This document shows positions 1 through 10,727 of a stretch of 64,000 nucleotides of DNA, piece by piece (positions within the stretch are counted from its first letter, which is position 1; every line of letters begins with the position of its first letter). This stretch comes from a virus. A model generated the notes under the pieces. It searched no databases, was not told where the DNA came from, and worked only from the letters and a program-made list of their open reading frames with translations. The position numbers were made by a program, and so were the translations under genes. The stretch lies in IMG/VR virus record IMGVR_UViG_3300031669_005808, one strand, 5' to 3'.

Positions 1-125
1 TTCAACTTGAAAGAGTGGATAGAATTAATGCCTAGCTCTTTTTCAATATCCTTAATCTTATTCACAAAAGTAAGAATTTCCTTCTTACTTTTAAAGTTAT
101 CTAAAGGTAATATTATCCTACTCAT
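1..125 (-). CDS. PyrF-like (OMP decarboxylase) N-terminus, runs off the left edge of the window
   Basis: Manual translation from ATG at 125: MSRIILPLDNFKSKKEILTFVNKIKDIEKELGINSIHSFKL. RIILPLD and a downstream FK resemble PyrF strands 1-2. Only 41 codons are visible. Confidence 0.45.
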   Translation of the reverse strand, partial: MSRIILPLDNFKSKKEILTFVNKIKDIEKELGINSIHSFKL

Positions 126-128
126 ATG

Positions 129-878
129 TTATTCCTCCCTTATTAAATTTAATTTTTTATTTAAATTATTGCTTAATACATACTGATTATATGCCTTTGC
201 AGCTTCCAATTCTGTCTTGTAACAACCTAAGGATATACTTTTATATCTTACTTTTATATATGCTCTCCAAGGATTTATCTTATTTTTAATCAAACATACG
301 CCTTTATATCTCAACTTACTAATATTACTTTGAATCAAATTAGAATATGCAACCATATCAATATAATTTAAAGGAAGCCCTAAATTGTTATTTAAAATGA
401 AATCATTATATGCTTTAGCTGCTTCAATGCTCGTATTGAAATACCCTATATTACGTTGTTTCCCAAAAATAGTAATTTGAGCTACCCATCTTTTATTCCC
501 ACGATAAGAAGTACTATGATAAATACCATGGTATTTTCTATTCTTATCCTTTACAGATTTAAGATTATTAATCATTGCATGGCTATGATTCTCCTGGGAA
601 GTGCACCATTCCAAATTACAAACATGATTATTTTCTTTATTGCCATCCTTATGATTCACTTGAAACTCATCCCCACCTCCATTAATGAAGGTTAAAGCTA
701 CCAATCTATGTACTTGAAAAAATTTAGCTTTGCCATCCTTATATAATCTAACAAATAAATATCCATATCTATCCTTGAATTTCTTCAAAAATTTTTTAGT
801 TATATCACTCCAAATTCTACCATAAGAGGTTATTTTATATGAGTACTCATATCCTTCTATAACTTTTAATTCCTCCAT
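129..878 (-). mobile_element. Free-standing HNH homing endonuclease with C-terminal AP2-like DNA-binding domains
   Basis: HRLVALTF...VNHKDGNKENNHVCNLEWCT HNH motif, followed by two AP2-like repeats (RWVAQI..GYFNTSIEAAKAYN; WRAYI..LGCYKTELEAAKAYN). Confidence 0.9.
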
Positions 879-988
879 TTACTTAAACCCCACAAGGCCT
901 CCTCTCCTCTCGCATCTTGTAAACTCTCCACAATACATTCAATCTCAGTTTTACTCATATTATCTAATGGCAATATTATCCTACTCAT
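866..988 (-). pseudogene. Orphan 40-codon duplicate of the pyrF-like 5' end upstream of the HNH gene
   Basis: Translates to MSRIILPLDNMSKTEIECIVESLQDARGEEALWGLSKWRN*. The first 10 aa match the ORF starting at 125, and 17 bp are identical at 109-125 and 972-988. Confidence 0.65.
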
Positions 989-1002
989 GATATGATTTCT
1001 CC

Positions 1003-2328
1003 CTAATATAATGTTAAATATGACTTAGCGTTAAAATTATCCCCTCTATCCGTGATCACCAAAAACTTACCCTCGGTATATTTCAAAATAACCTCATCAG
1101 AAGTGAAATGATTTATCAATCTCATAAACATCTCAAAATCTACTATAAACTCTTTATATATATTCGATTCTGAATCAGAATATTTTACACTTTTGCGAAA
1201 TATATTTAAAATATCTTTCGATTGCCTACCGGAAATACTTTTGATACTTAACTCTAATTGGGTTTCCCCTAATCCCGACACCCCCAATTTTAAGGAGCCT
1301 TTCCCATCCTGTGTAACAATAGCTAACTTCCTGAGACCTCTCAACAAATCCCTCCTAGAAATATGAAAATTATCCTCCTCCAATTTTGAATTCAAAAATT
1401 TATCCACCGATGGAAATTTACATTGAGCCTTCTCAAACCCAAAGTACAAATTCTCATCTCTCAAGATATAGAATTTATCCGTCTCAAATAAATGCGTATT
1501 CTTAATATTGAAATAGGGTAGAATTCTATATAGAATCTCCAAACATTCATATCTTATATGTAAATCCAATCCTCGGCACACATCATATGTATAAATCCCA
1601 ACCGAGGTGAACGAACCTCCGGTCAAACTTCCTCGCTGATAGCTTGCTATAGATAACATATTCTGAACATTATTCTTATGTGTAAAATAACTGATATATT
1701 TTAGAGCATCTCTGAATCTAACAATATCTATCCTTGAAATGAATTTGAAAGTAGTCATCTTGGAATGATAATTGACAATGGAATCATCCAAGGCACTCAG
1801 CTCCAATTTTGTATTCCCTGATTTGAGTTTGATCAATAATTTCTCAGCGTCAAAATTGAATTCTAGAATTGAATCCTCGAACTCATACGCAATCTTATAC
1901 AATACACTCAAGTTAAATACAAAGGATATCCCCCCGGCATTAAAACTTTGCTGGTCATCCGAAGGTTCCGACAAAGGGATAACGACCTCTGAGAATATAT
2001 CTCTAACAAACAAAGATAACTTGAGCCTATCCTTAAATATTGTGAATTTAACCTTTGTCTCATGTGCCAACCCGGATACCACCTTTAAAGCCTTAGTTGC
2101 ATCTTTTAGAAATTTCTGCTCTATCTTAAAGGAGTACTCCCCGAAAGTAGGTCGATTATCAACCAGATTAAAATCTGAAAAATTATTGATATCCGCCCCC
2201 TTAAAGAATTTGTTCTTTAAGGCATCTTTAAGCTCCTCAGAAATATCATCTATAAAGTTATCAATATTATTCAGAGCCGAATTAGGTGGAACAATATACC
2301 CCGAATCAAGCCTCCTATACTCCGACAT
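1003..2328 (-). CDS. DNA polymerase III beta (sliding clamp)-like protein
   Basis: 441 aa with a repeated beta-clamp-like pattern (FPSVDKFL, ISRRDLLRGLRKLAIV, VDFEMFMRLINHFTSDEVIL), located in a replication cluster. Confidence 0.6.
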   Translation of the reverse strand: MSEYRRLDSGYIVPPNSALNNIDNFIDDISEELKDALKNKFFKGADINNFSDFNLVDNRPTFGEYSFKIEQKFLKDATKALKVVSGLAHETKVKFTIFKDRLKLSLFVRDIFSEVVIPLSEPSDDQQSFNAGGISFVFNLSVLYKIAYEFEDSILEFNFDAEKLLIKLKSGNTKLELSALDDSIVNYHSKMTTFKFISRIDIVRFRDALKYISYFTHKNNVQNMLSIASYQRGSLTGGSFTSVGIYTYDVCRGLDLHIRYECLEILYRILPYFNIKNTHLFETDKFYILRDENLYFGFEKAQCKFPSVDKFLNSKLEEDNFHISRRDLLRGLRKLAIVTQDGKGSLKLGVSGLGETQLELSIKSISGRQSKDILNIFRKSVKYSDSESNIYKEFIVDFEMFMRLINHFTSDEVILKYTEGKFLVITDRGDNFNAKSYLTLY

Positions 2329-2641
2329 TTCCAGTTGGCTCCTCTTGTAATAATCCTTTTAACTTATTACTCAGATCTGAGATCTTTGTTATCATGCCTT
2401 GTCTCAGAACATCTAATTCCTCAATGGAATTAACGGAATATTTATCTTGAATGGTCTTAAGAAGGTTACCCCTTTCATTTTGCTTAGTCTCCAAAGAGAC
2501 TCTCAGATTCATATTCTTTGTAGCTATATCATTCTTAACATTGGTTAATTGATTAAACATGCTTGTTAGCTGCTCTTTAGATGCCCCTTTAAGTTGATTC
2601 TCATCCCATAATCCTAAATTCTTTATACTATCCAATAGCAT
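2315..2641 (-). CDS. Hypothetical coiled-coil protein
   Basis: ORF track; overlaps the downstream gene; heptad-rich. Confidence 0.6.
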   Translation of the reverse strand: MLLDSIKNLGLWDENQLKGASKEQLTSMFNQLTNVKNDIATKNMNLRVSLETKQNERGNLLKTIQDKYSVNSIEELDVLRQGMITKISDLSNKLKGLLQEEPTGNVGV

Positions 2642-2653
2642 ATCATTCTCCTT

Positions 2654-3811
2654 TCAAAAACTGACGTCTTGAATACCAAGACTCATATCAATATTATTAT
2701 CCTTCACAAATTTATCCGTTACTCTCTTACCTTCTATCGCTTGCATATATCTTACCAAGTCTCCCTTTCTCTTCAAAGCCTCCTCGCATATACTAACTAT
2801 AGGGCAAAAAATACAATTTGTGGATGGATTATAATTGAGTTCTAAACTCTCTAAAGATACATGTTGTTTAGGACAACGCGACAATTTGGTCTTCAACTCA
2901 TTGTACTTGAGCTTAATACCTAATATTTTGTCTTTTAATTTACTCACATAAGTAGTATCAAACTTGTACATAGAAAGTTCAGCCTTATTCCAATCTATGA
3001 AGCCCACCTCCCCCGGAATCCTATTATATTTTAACTGCAATAAGGAGGCATAGTACATCAATTGTTCTTTTTTTGTATACTTATTGACCTTATACTTACC
3101 ATCTAGGACTACAAAACCATCCTCAATGAACGTGGGCGTGTTGAAAAATCCCTCCATACGATGATTCACATTATATACAAAATCAATGAAGCCATTCATC
3201 TTGACTTGATTTAAAGAGTGCTCAATATACATCTCTGAGAGGATATAATTCAAGATGAGATCCCTCCCCAGAAACATTTCTAATATTGGCTCATATAGAT
3301 CTCCAAGAAACTCCACAAATTTTTTCTCACTACCATAATCATCCTCAATGGATGATCGATTGACAAAAGCTATTTGAGAGGGATCTATCCGCCTATCTAA
3401 TCCATAACTATTCTGAGCCGCGATTAAATCCATTCTCCCCATCTCCGATTTAAAATAATTCCTAGCATTCAAATATTTCGGGTCAAATTGATCGTCTATA
3501 TCTTTAGCCGTCAATAGGTACAAAGCTAGGGTATTTACCCGAAACCATTCTAATATTTGACCATATGTTAAATGTTGATCATAATACAGCCTCTGATTAA
3601 TGAAGGTCTCAAATAACTTCTGAACAATGGTTCCAGGTATGGCTTTAGTCTGATCTATCCGAACTTCCCGAACATTGACAAAAGTAGCATAATTTATGCA
3701 AAACCAGCTCGCCGGACATTCAAAATATTGTCTTAATTTTGACCAACTTATTTTCAGATTGTCTCTTTTTTCAACAAGCATTGAATTCTTTTCTACGAAT
3801 ATATCCGCCAT
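2654..3811 (-). CDS. PD-(D/E)XK exonuclease, Cas4/AddB-like, probable Fe-S staple
   Basis: ISWSKL..ECP (N-terminal Cys), GFID, VLDGKY, QLMYYA and C-terminal CIFCPIVSIC. Confidence 0.75.
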   Translation of the reverse strand: MADIFVEKNSMLVEKRDNLKISWSKLRQYFECPASWFCINYATFVNVREVRIDQTKAIPGTIVQKLFETFINQRLYYDQHLTYGQILEWFRVNTLALYLLTAKDIDDQFDPKYLNARNYFKSEMGRMDLIAAQNSYGLDRRIDPSQIAFVNRSSIEDDYGSEKKFVEFLGDLYEPILEMFLGRDLILNYILSEMYIEHSLNQVKMNGFIDFVYNVNHRMEGFFNTPTFIEDGFVVLDGKYKVNKYTKKEQLMYYASLLQLKYNRIPGEVGFIDWNKAELSMYKFDTTYVSKLKDKILGIKLKYNELKTKLSRCPKQHVSLESLELNYNPSTNCIFCPIVSICEEALKRKGDLVRYMQAIEGKRVTDKFVKDNNIDMSLGIQDVSF

Positions 3812-4908
3812 TAACTCTCCTCCAAATATTTATTAATCATATCTCTAACTTCCTTAGGCATTTCTAAACTTGAATAGTACGCATTAGAATCTATAATTGA
3901 AAACCCTTTATTGACATCCCCGAAATTCTTTTTCACTTGCTCAATAAAATCCTTAATAACCACATTATTTTCAATTTGCTTCTTAAGACTATCTTGTTTA
4001 AATGCTTCCTCAAAGGGGGCATAGTCTATTATCTTATATTCCACGCTAACATTAAATCTACCCTCATCCTCAGTCAAAGTAATCACACTATAAGAAGGCT
4101 TATGTAACTTCTCATATATACTCACTTTATTGAAATAATCCTTCGCCACACGACTAAAAGACCAGGGCTTACTCACCAATTGAGGATGATTCGTTATAGG
4201 GCTTATTCGGTTGTATACAGGAAAAGATTGATGTATATGGCCTAGACACACACAACTAAAATTTGGTATTAAATCCAAAACTTTATCATACCCCGCCACC
4301 GGCCAAAAGAGAAAAATATTAGGGTCTACTAATACATCCATATGTAGAAGTAATAAATTAAATCCCTCCTTAGAGGACGCAAACTCATTCAAGTGAGGTA
4401 AACAATTTATAGTGTCATTTAAAGGAAGATATGGTAAACCCAATATATTTATAGGGATAGAGAATACATTCATGAAGCAATCCCACATAGGGTTTAATTT
4501 AATATTTTCTAAAGAGCTACCGGAGCCCCCCAAATCTTTATGGCTTACCAAAGACGTTAAATTATTTGTAGCCTTCATCAATAAATTGTATGGAGTCTTT
4601 CTTAGCTGACCAAAGGAGGACTCCGGAAGATCATGATTCCCTGGGATACACAACCATTGAATTCCCGATCTTTCAAACATCTCAGTGTAATATGTGATAT
4701 CCTCCGAACAATAAATCTTCGGATTCTTTAAGTGAAATATATCTCCGGATATGATTCCCAAATCAATATCTTGCTCCCTTATATTACTACAAACACAATC
4801 CCATTTCTCCGATATTTGACAATGAAATTTGGAATTTCTGGATTGTGGAATCCTATGTAACGGGTTCAAATGTAAATCTGTTACATGCATTATTTTTCTA
4901 ACTTTCAT
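3811..4908 (-). CDS. sbcD: SbcD/Mre11 family nuclease
   Basis: Phosphoesterase motifs TDLH, SGDIFH, GNHD, LHMD, GHIH; adjacent to an SbcC-like ATPase. Confidence 0.85.
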   Translation of the reverse strand: MKVRKIMHVTDLHLNPLHRIPQSRNSKFHCQISEKWDCVCSNIREQDIDLGIISGDIFHLKNPKIYCSEDITYYTEMFERSGIQWLCIPGNHDLPESSFGQLRKTPYNLLMKATNNLTSLVSHKDLGGSGSSLENIKLNPMWDCFMNVFSIPINILGLPYLPLNDTINCLPHLNEFASSKEGFNLLLLHMDVLVDPNIFLFWPVAGYDKVLDLIPNFSCVCLGHIHQSFPVYNRISPITNHPQLVSKPWSFSRVAKDYFNKVSIYEKLHKPSYSVITLTEDEGRFNVSVEYKIIDYAPFEEAFKQDSLKKQIENNVVIKDFIEQVKKNFGDVNKGFSIIDSNAYYSSLEMPKEVRDMINKYLEES

Positions 4909-4920
4909 TTCATTTAGCTC

Positions 4921-6294
4921 CTAACTTAATAAGGCGTTACAGGTTGGACATATTTTCACAATAGATCTCATATAATTTTCATACTGATCAACCTCATTTT
5001 TGCCTACCTCATTCGTTTCTATATCCTTCTGTATGTCACTTAATGATCCCTCCAAAGTACTAATATGATCCACAAGATCCTGAATATCAATTATACCATC
5101 TTTGCACTCAATTATATGCAAGAACGTATCCAATACAGGAATTATACTTTGTAACTCTCGATCTATTGAGCCTATGGAGTAATCTAGAGAATTATATGCC
5201 TGGATCTGATCCATAACCCCACAAATTTGATTAAACCCAGAGGTATACATCTCCATAACTTCTCCTAATTTCCTATGAATCTCATATTCTGAATGATAAC
5301 GGATTAAGAAATTATCCACTTCAGAATATTCCTGAGATATCTTTGAGATATCTTTATATCCTAAAAAGATATCTATATACTCAAATAACGCGACATTTAA
5401 TTGAGAGGAGTAGTTATAATCTCTCTCAATAATATTAAGCTCATATTGATTCTGAACTAGATTTGCACTCATTGAGATCATGCCTATGTACTCAATGAGA
5501 TCCTCAATATAATTATTTATATTCTTCCCCAAAGTATTCGTGAAATCCGACTCTTTTTGAAGTCTAAATATCTCCATCCCCAGACTATTTAGATTATCAA
5601 AATCCTTGGCCACCCGATTATATAATTCAAGAGAATTCTTACATACATCATACTCCTTAGTTAATGCCTCTAAAATAGATATCTTATTGAAGATATTTTT
5701 ATGTTCTTCTTCAGCCTTTGAAAGTTTTTCATTATTCTCCAGAATCTGAATCTCATTATCCTCGAACTGCCGATTCAACTTGATAGAATCGGCAGTGATC
5801 TTCCTGAGAGCATTCTCATATCTAGTTACATTGAATATCTTATTAAAAAATGAAGTTACTAAAACATCTGATTGGGACACCAGGAACAAAGTATCGTGTT
5901 GTTCTTGAAAATTCAGGTTAAACTTATCCCCCCGCTCAGTCTCCACGATATCAAACCCTAGCTTTATAATCTCCTCCGGAATACTCTTCCCCATCTTTGG
6001 ATAAAATTTATCTTCTTGGTCATCACTGAAAGAGATCCTATAGCTATTCACACTAGCACTTTTCTCTTTCACTATCCTCCGTACCATGCAACCCTCCTTG
6101 AACTCAACAGTCAAGATACATTTCTTCGCCCCTCTCCTAAGATATGTATCCTCCCACTCATTATAAAATAATGCTTGAAGAGCTCTAAAGATTGCACTTT
6201 TTCCTCTATCCGAGGGCCCCACAATTGAAGTCAATCCATCAAACTCAAAAACCTCATCTTTGATGGATTGAAAATTCTGTATATGAAATATCAT
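4921..6294 (-). CDS. SbcC/Rad50 N-terminal half (Walker A, coiled coil, zinc hook)
   Basis: IQNFQSI, Walker A GPSDRGKS, Q-loop NFQEQHD and a long coiled coil. Ends at the CPTC zinc hook with no Walker B or signature motif. Confidence 0.8.
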   Translation of the reverse strand: MIFHIQNFQSIKDEVFEFDGLTSIVGPSDRGKSAIFRALQALFYNEWEDTYLRRGAKKCILTVEFKEGCMVRRIVKEKSASVNSYRISFSDDQEDKFYPKMGKSIPEEIIKLGFDIVETERGDKFNLNFQEQHDTLFLVSQSDVLVTSFFNKIFNVTRYENALRKITADSIKLNRQFEDNEIQILENNEKLSKAEEEHKNIFNKISILEALTKEYDVCKNSLELYNRVAKDFDNLNSLGMEIFRLQKESDFTNTLGKNINNYIEDLIEYIGMISMSANLVQNQYELNIIERDYNYSSQLNVALFEYIDIFLGYKDISKISQEYSEVDNFLIRYHSEYEIHRKLGEVMEMYTSGFNQICGVMDQIQAYNSLDYSIGSIDRELQSIIPVLDTFLHIIECKDGIIDIQDLVDHISTLEGSLSDIQKDIETNEVGKNEVDQYENYMRSIVKICPTCNALLS

Positions 6295-6296
6295 AT

Positions 6297-6515
6297 TTAC
6301 CTCTCCTGTATATTTTGTATTATATCCCTTGCAAGAGTTAGATTTGCGATAATTCGATTTAATTTATCAACGTCTTGAATCGAATTATAATTTATGTTCA
6401 AATTCACCGTACCCCTCTGAGAATCCAATACAATATCATTGCCAACACCATCTAATTTTTCAAATTTTACTCCAAACTTATCTATCGATATACTCATATT
6501 CTCATCCCTCCACAT
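6297..6515 (-). CDS. Hypothetical protein
   Basis: ORF track; tightly packed and co-oriented. Confidence 0.55.
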   Translation of the reverse strand: MWRDENMSISIDKFGVKFEKLDGVGNDIVLDSQRGTVNLNINYNSIQDVDKLNRIIANLTLARDIIQNIQER

Positions 6516-6709
6516 ACAATAAGTTATATCTAATTCTATCTATAGCTTTATCCATTTTATCCGCAATCTTCAATATAATCTTAGGAGTAAGTCTTATACA
6601 ATCACTCAAACATAATATATCAGAGCCAGAAGAGATTTCCTTGGATTTTTTGATATTATGTATGAAAACTTACCTTGATTATCCCCACTTACATTTAACT
6701 CAAAGAACA

Positions 6710-7180
6710 TTATCTATTACTCCCTTTTATTCTTGACTCTAATAGATTATTCAAAGCTTTTATTCTTGATAACTCACTCTCTAACCACTCAACATAAGAC
6801 AATTTCTTTTTTACTGTCAGATACTCACTAAGAATAGGATTCACATCAAATAAATCGAAATAATCCCCCTCAAGATCTACATAGATTTCAACCTTATGCT
6901 TCCCTTGTTTGTATGTGAGTTGATCAAACCAAGTCTCACAGGGAATGCGATCCGAATTATAGTAATTCGCTTTTGCAAAGGAAGTATTGATTTTTTCAAA
7001 CTCCCCAAAATCTATTACAAATTTGAAATACTCATCATTCATACCTCCATATTCAATGCTTAATAGTCTTCCGATCATTCCCTCATCAGGATTGGATCCA
7101 GACATATTAATTCCCTTATTACATCTGAGAACAAGACTAACTCCAGTTTTATACATATCATGTATATATTTCGCTATCAT
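6710..7180 (-). CDS. Hypothetical protein
   Basis: ORF track; co-oriented, RBS present. Confidence 0.6.
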   Translation of the reverse strand: MIAKYIHDMYKTGVSLVLRCNKGINMSGSNPDEGMIGRLLSIEYGGMNDEYFKFVIDFGEFEKINTSFAKANYYNSDRIPCETWFDQLTYKQGKHKVEIYVDLEGDYFDLFDVNPILSEYLTVKKKLSYVEWLESELSRIKALNNLLESRIKGSNR

Positions 7181-7205
7181 TTGATCATTCCTTTCATATC
7201 TTAAA

Positions 7206-7667
7206 TTATTTATTTATTACATCACCTAAATCATCTATCATATGAGTCTTACAGTAATCCAAAATCTCCGGCATCATATCATCGATGGACCCCACCTCAT
7301 CGAAGTTAAGCATATTATCCACCATATCCGAATCTATGAAAGCTAGAACTTGACCCCCAATATCAATAGGGATCCTTTTAATTATATATTCTCTCAATGC
7401 CTCCTCCATAAAATCCACAATTAATTCTCCATGAATGAAAGAATACATATCAATACCCTCTTGATAAAAATCCTTAAAGAATTTATCAAGTTTGGCTAAT
7501 TCAATATCCACCTGTTCCTTGGTATAACTTGAGGATTTAATATACTTCTCATAAGCATAATTTGAAACTCTTTCCATTACCGAGGAGAGTTTCAAATATT
7601 TATCCACATAAATTATGAATATCCCCCGCTTTTTATATGGAATATTTTTCCCTTTTGGCTCCGGCAT
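7206..7667 (-). CDS. Hypothetical protein
   Basis: ORF track; co-oriented. Confidence 0.6.
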   Translation of the reverse strand: MPEPKGKNIPYKKRGIFIIYVDKYLKLSSVMERVSNYAYEKYIKSSSYTKEQVDIELAKLDKFFKDFYQEGIDMYSFIHGELIVDFMEEALREYIIKRIPIDIGGQVLAFIDSDMVDNMLNFDEVGSIDDMMPEILDYCKTHMIDDLGDVINK

Positions 7668-7672
7668 AATTA

Positions 7673-7972
7673 TTATTGCTCCTCAATCAAGACAATTCCA
7701 CCACATATCTTTGTCTCTTTATTGTTAGAGTCTATGAAGGATACCGCTGCACCATCAGTCTCAATATAGAATCGACCTTCCCAGGATTTCATAAGCTCTC
7801 TATCATACCCATATAACGTTATCTTTCTCCTCAATCCCACCCATTTAGATTTTGTGTGTTTCAATTCCTTGCTGCAACCCTTAGTACATCCTGACAAATG
7901 TAAAGATGCAAAAATCATACCTAATGTAATTAGTATCACAAATAATCTAGACCATGAAAAATTTTTAAACAT
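7673..7972 (-). CDS. Lipoprotein-like protein, DUF5052-like
   Basis: Hydrophobic N-terminus plus LSGC lipobox-like motif; GLRRKITLYGY...WEGRF...IVLIEEQ pattern. Confidence 0.5.
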   Translation of the reverse strand: MFKNFSWSRLFVILITLGMIFASLHLSGCTKGCSKELKHTKSKWVGLRRKITLYGYDRELMKSWEGRFYIETDGAAVSFIDSNNKETKICGGIVLIEEQ

Positions 7973-7995
7973 CTTGTTTCTCCTTTAGAATTAAT

Positions 7996-10467
7996 TTAGC
8001 CCATACAAAATTCAAATTTACTTAATTTTAAAATATTATCCTCACAATATATCCTGACTTCTAATTCATCCTTATCCTCCCTCTCCAATAATATTTTAGC
8101 TAAAAATCTCTCTACAAATTTCTCAATATTTCTAAGGATATACCTAGCCCCAAAGGATACATCATAATCATTATCCACTAACCAATCAATAACCACACCA
8201 TCCCAGACAAGTTTTAAATTCAATTCAGATAATTTATCATTTAAATTATCCAGATTTAAGGAAGCAATGCTCCTCAGATCATCCTTAATTAAATCATTGA
8301 AGATTACCACTTCATTTATCCGATTAATAAACTCTGAGGAAAAGCTATTTTTTAATTCCTCCTCAAATAGACTCTTATTACTAGTAATATTATTCCTAAA
8401 ACCCAAAGATTTAAAATTATTCACCACCGAAGTTCCAACATTAGAGGTCATAATAATAACTGTATTCGTAAAATCAACTCTCTTACCTGAGCCATCTGTC
8501 AAACATCCCTCTTCTAAAACTTGAAGAAAACAATTTAGAACCGAAGGATGCGCTTTTTCAATCTCGTCTAATAATACAATACTATAGGGGTTCTGATAGA
8601 CTTTCTCCGTTAATTGGCCTCCCTCGTTATATCCTACATATCCCGGAGGTGATCCTATCAAACGGGAGATGTTATGTTTCTCCATATATTCTGACATATC
8701 AATCCGAATAACCCTATCTCTTGAAGCGAATAATTGCTCGGCTAATAATTTGCTAAGTTCCGTTTTACCTACCCCACTATTCCCTATGAATAGAAAAGAC
8801 CCTATAGGTTTATCTTTATTTATTAACCCCACCCTGGACCTTACAATGGTATCACTAACCGTATCCACGGCATAATCCTGCCCTATAAGCCTGGATTTAA
8901 TATTATTTGATAATTTAATTAATTCTTTATTTTCAGAGCATACACTACTCACCGAAATTCCCGTCCACTCCTGAATTATATGCACAACATCCGAAGTTTG
9001 AGCCTCAAGTATAGCTGAAGAAGAGAATCGAGAAAAATTTGTTAAATCTTCATACTTATCCCACATCATATTAAACTTAGTCTTTACCTTCTCGAATAAT
9101 CCCTCATTCCCAATAGCTTCATAATACTGAAATCTACAAGTAGCAATCTTTAAATATGTTAGCATACGTAACGCTTTATGAGATAATTTATCCCGTCTTA
9201 CCTTAACACGAGAACACACCTCATCCAAAAGATCTATTGCTTTATCCGGAAAATTTCTATAAGGTAAATATTTTTCAGATAAGAATACAATGCTATCTAA
9301 AATATTTTCAGAAATATTGACACCATGATATATTGAATATTGATGGTTAACAATATTCAATATTTTACGTGTATATTCCGAAGTAAAAGGTTTAACTTTA
9401 ACGATCTGAAATCTCCTCGTAAAAGCCCCATCTTTTTCCAAATATTTATGATACTCCTTAAAAGTAGTGGCCCCAATCACTTGAATATCTCCTCTGGATA
9501 ACACAGGTTTTAATATCTGCATAGCATCAAAAGTACTACCTTGATCTCCTGAACCTGTCCCACATAGCATATGTATTTCATCAATAAACAAAATTATATT
9601 TTTTGCCTTAACTACATCCTGAATGATATTTTCTAATCGCTCCTCAAATTGGCCTCTCCACTTTGTACCTGCCACAACAGAATTCAAATTCAAGGATACT
9701 ACTCTGCTATAATATAAATCAGCAGGTACATTATGCACTACAATTCTTTTGGCTAATCCCTCAACTAAAGCCGTCTTTCCAACTCCAGGTTCCCCCAGAA
9801 TGATTACATTACGTTTCATCTTCTTACAAAGGGTTTGGATTACTTTACTTATCTCCTTCTCTCTACCTAAAAAAGGAGGGAATTTACTCTCTTGAGCCCT
9901 AATAGTATAATCCACGGAATATTTATCCAAAAATTCTGTTTTTATATTTTTCGGCTTCAAAGGGGTTCTCTTAACGGATTCGGATTCAACTATATCCATC
10001 CCTCTTGAACGAGATAACTCCGGACTATCCAAAAAATAAATGTTGATCATGATCATTTCGGAATATTCTTCTATAAAGTAGTTCGGAAAAATCTCAGGAG
10101 CCAATTTCAAAGCCGCTACAAAGAGATTAATAGTATTTGCCTGTTGAAAATTCAATTTTTTAGCTTCGTCTACTGCAACCTCTAATAAAGCTTTAGCTTT
10201 ATCGTGAAAAGAGATATCCCTATTATCATCATTATTTCGCACTTTCTCATTATATACATAATTATCAGAATCAGACATTTTCTTAATTAATTTATCAACA
10301 TTGATATGCAATTCATTTAACAAAGAAGAGACTTCAAAAAAATCTTTTTGAAGTAATGTCAATATAAGATTCTCCGGAGATATGTATTTAAGATTGGATA
10401 TCAAACAAGATTGTCTTGTATGAATGATAGATTCTCTAACCTTATCCGTAAATTGTTCAATAAACAT
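7996..10467 (-). CDS. clpC: ClpA/ClpC-type AAA+ chaperone (Clp protease ATPase subunit)
   Basis: Clp-N-like N-terminus; NBD1 GEPGVGKT and LFIDEIH; RNFPDKAIDLLDE; NBD2 GNSGVGKT, LIGSPPGYVGY, LLDEIEKAH; GARYI. Confidence 0.9.
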   Translation of the reverse strand: MFIEQFTDKVRESIIHTRQSCLISNLKYISPENLILTLLQKDFFEVSSLLNELHINVDKLIKKMSDSDNYVYNEKVRNNDDNRDISFHDKAKALLEVAVDEAKKLNFQQANTINLFVAALKLAPEIFPNYFIEEYSEMIMINIYFLDSPELSRSRGMDIVESESVKRTPLKPKNIKTEFLDKYSVDYTIRAQESKFPPFLGREKEISKVIQTLCKKMKRNVIILGEPGVGKTALVEGLAKRIVVHNVPADLYYSRVVSLNLNSVVAGTKWRGQFEERLENIIQDVVKAKNIILFIDEIHMLCGTGSGDQGSTFDAMQILKPVLSRGDIQVIGATTFKEYHKYLEKDGAFTRRFQIVKVKPFTSEYTRKILNIVNHQYSIYHGVNISENILDSIVFLSEKYLPYRNFPDKAIDLLDEVCSRVKVRRDKLSHKALRMLTYLKIATCRFQYYEAIGNEGLFEKVKTKFNMMWDKYEDLTNFSRFSSSAILEAQTSDVVHIIQEWTGISVSSVCSENKELIKLSNNIKSRLIGQDYAVDTVSDTIVRSRVGLINKDKPIGSFLFIGNSGVGKTELSKLLAEQLFASRDRVIRIDMSEYMEKHNISRLIGSPPGYVGYNEGGQLTEKVYQNPYSIVLLDEIEKAHPSVLNCFLQVLEEGCLTDGSGKRVDFTNTVIIMTSNVGTSVVNNFKSLGFRNNITSNKSLFEEELKNSFSSEFINRINEVVIFNDLIKDDLRSIASLNLDNLNDKLSELNLKLVWDGVVIDWLVDNDYDVSFGARYILRNIEKFVERFLAKILLEREDKDELEVRIYCEDNILKLSKFEFCMG

Positions 10468-10517
10468 AATTAAAACCCTTCCTATCTTTAATTTTACTTG
10501 AATAATTTTAAACTCTT

Positions 10518-10727
10518 TTAATAAAAGCGAAGGCCTTTTTGTATATCATCAGACAAAAGGATGCTCACAACTAAGATCCAACTCAATAATCCCAGACATA
10601 AGGAGGATAACACCAACTCAATATGGAAACGCCTGAAATCCCTAACCGATATTTTACTGGATACCACAAAAAGAAACATACCATAAGCTAGAATATACCC
10701 TATAATATAAAATTTTAAGTATTGCAT
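10518..10727 (-). CDS. Small membrane protein
   Basis: Two hydrophobic segments. Confidence 0.55.
   Translation of the reverse strand: MQYLKFYIIGYILAYGMFLFVVSSKISVRDFRRFHIELVLSSLCLGLLSWILVVSILLSDDIQKGLRFY

Noticed and set aside
866-1000. Group I intron carrying the HNH inside pyrF
   Set aside because: There is no room for a ribozyme core around the HNH ORF, and the downstream copy restarts from Met rather than continuing as exon 2.
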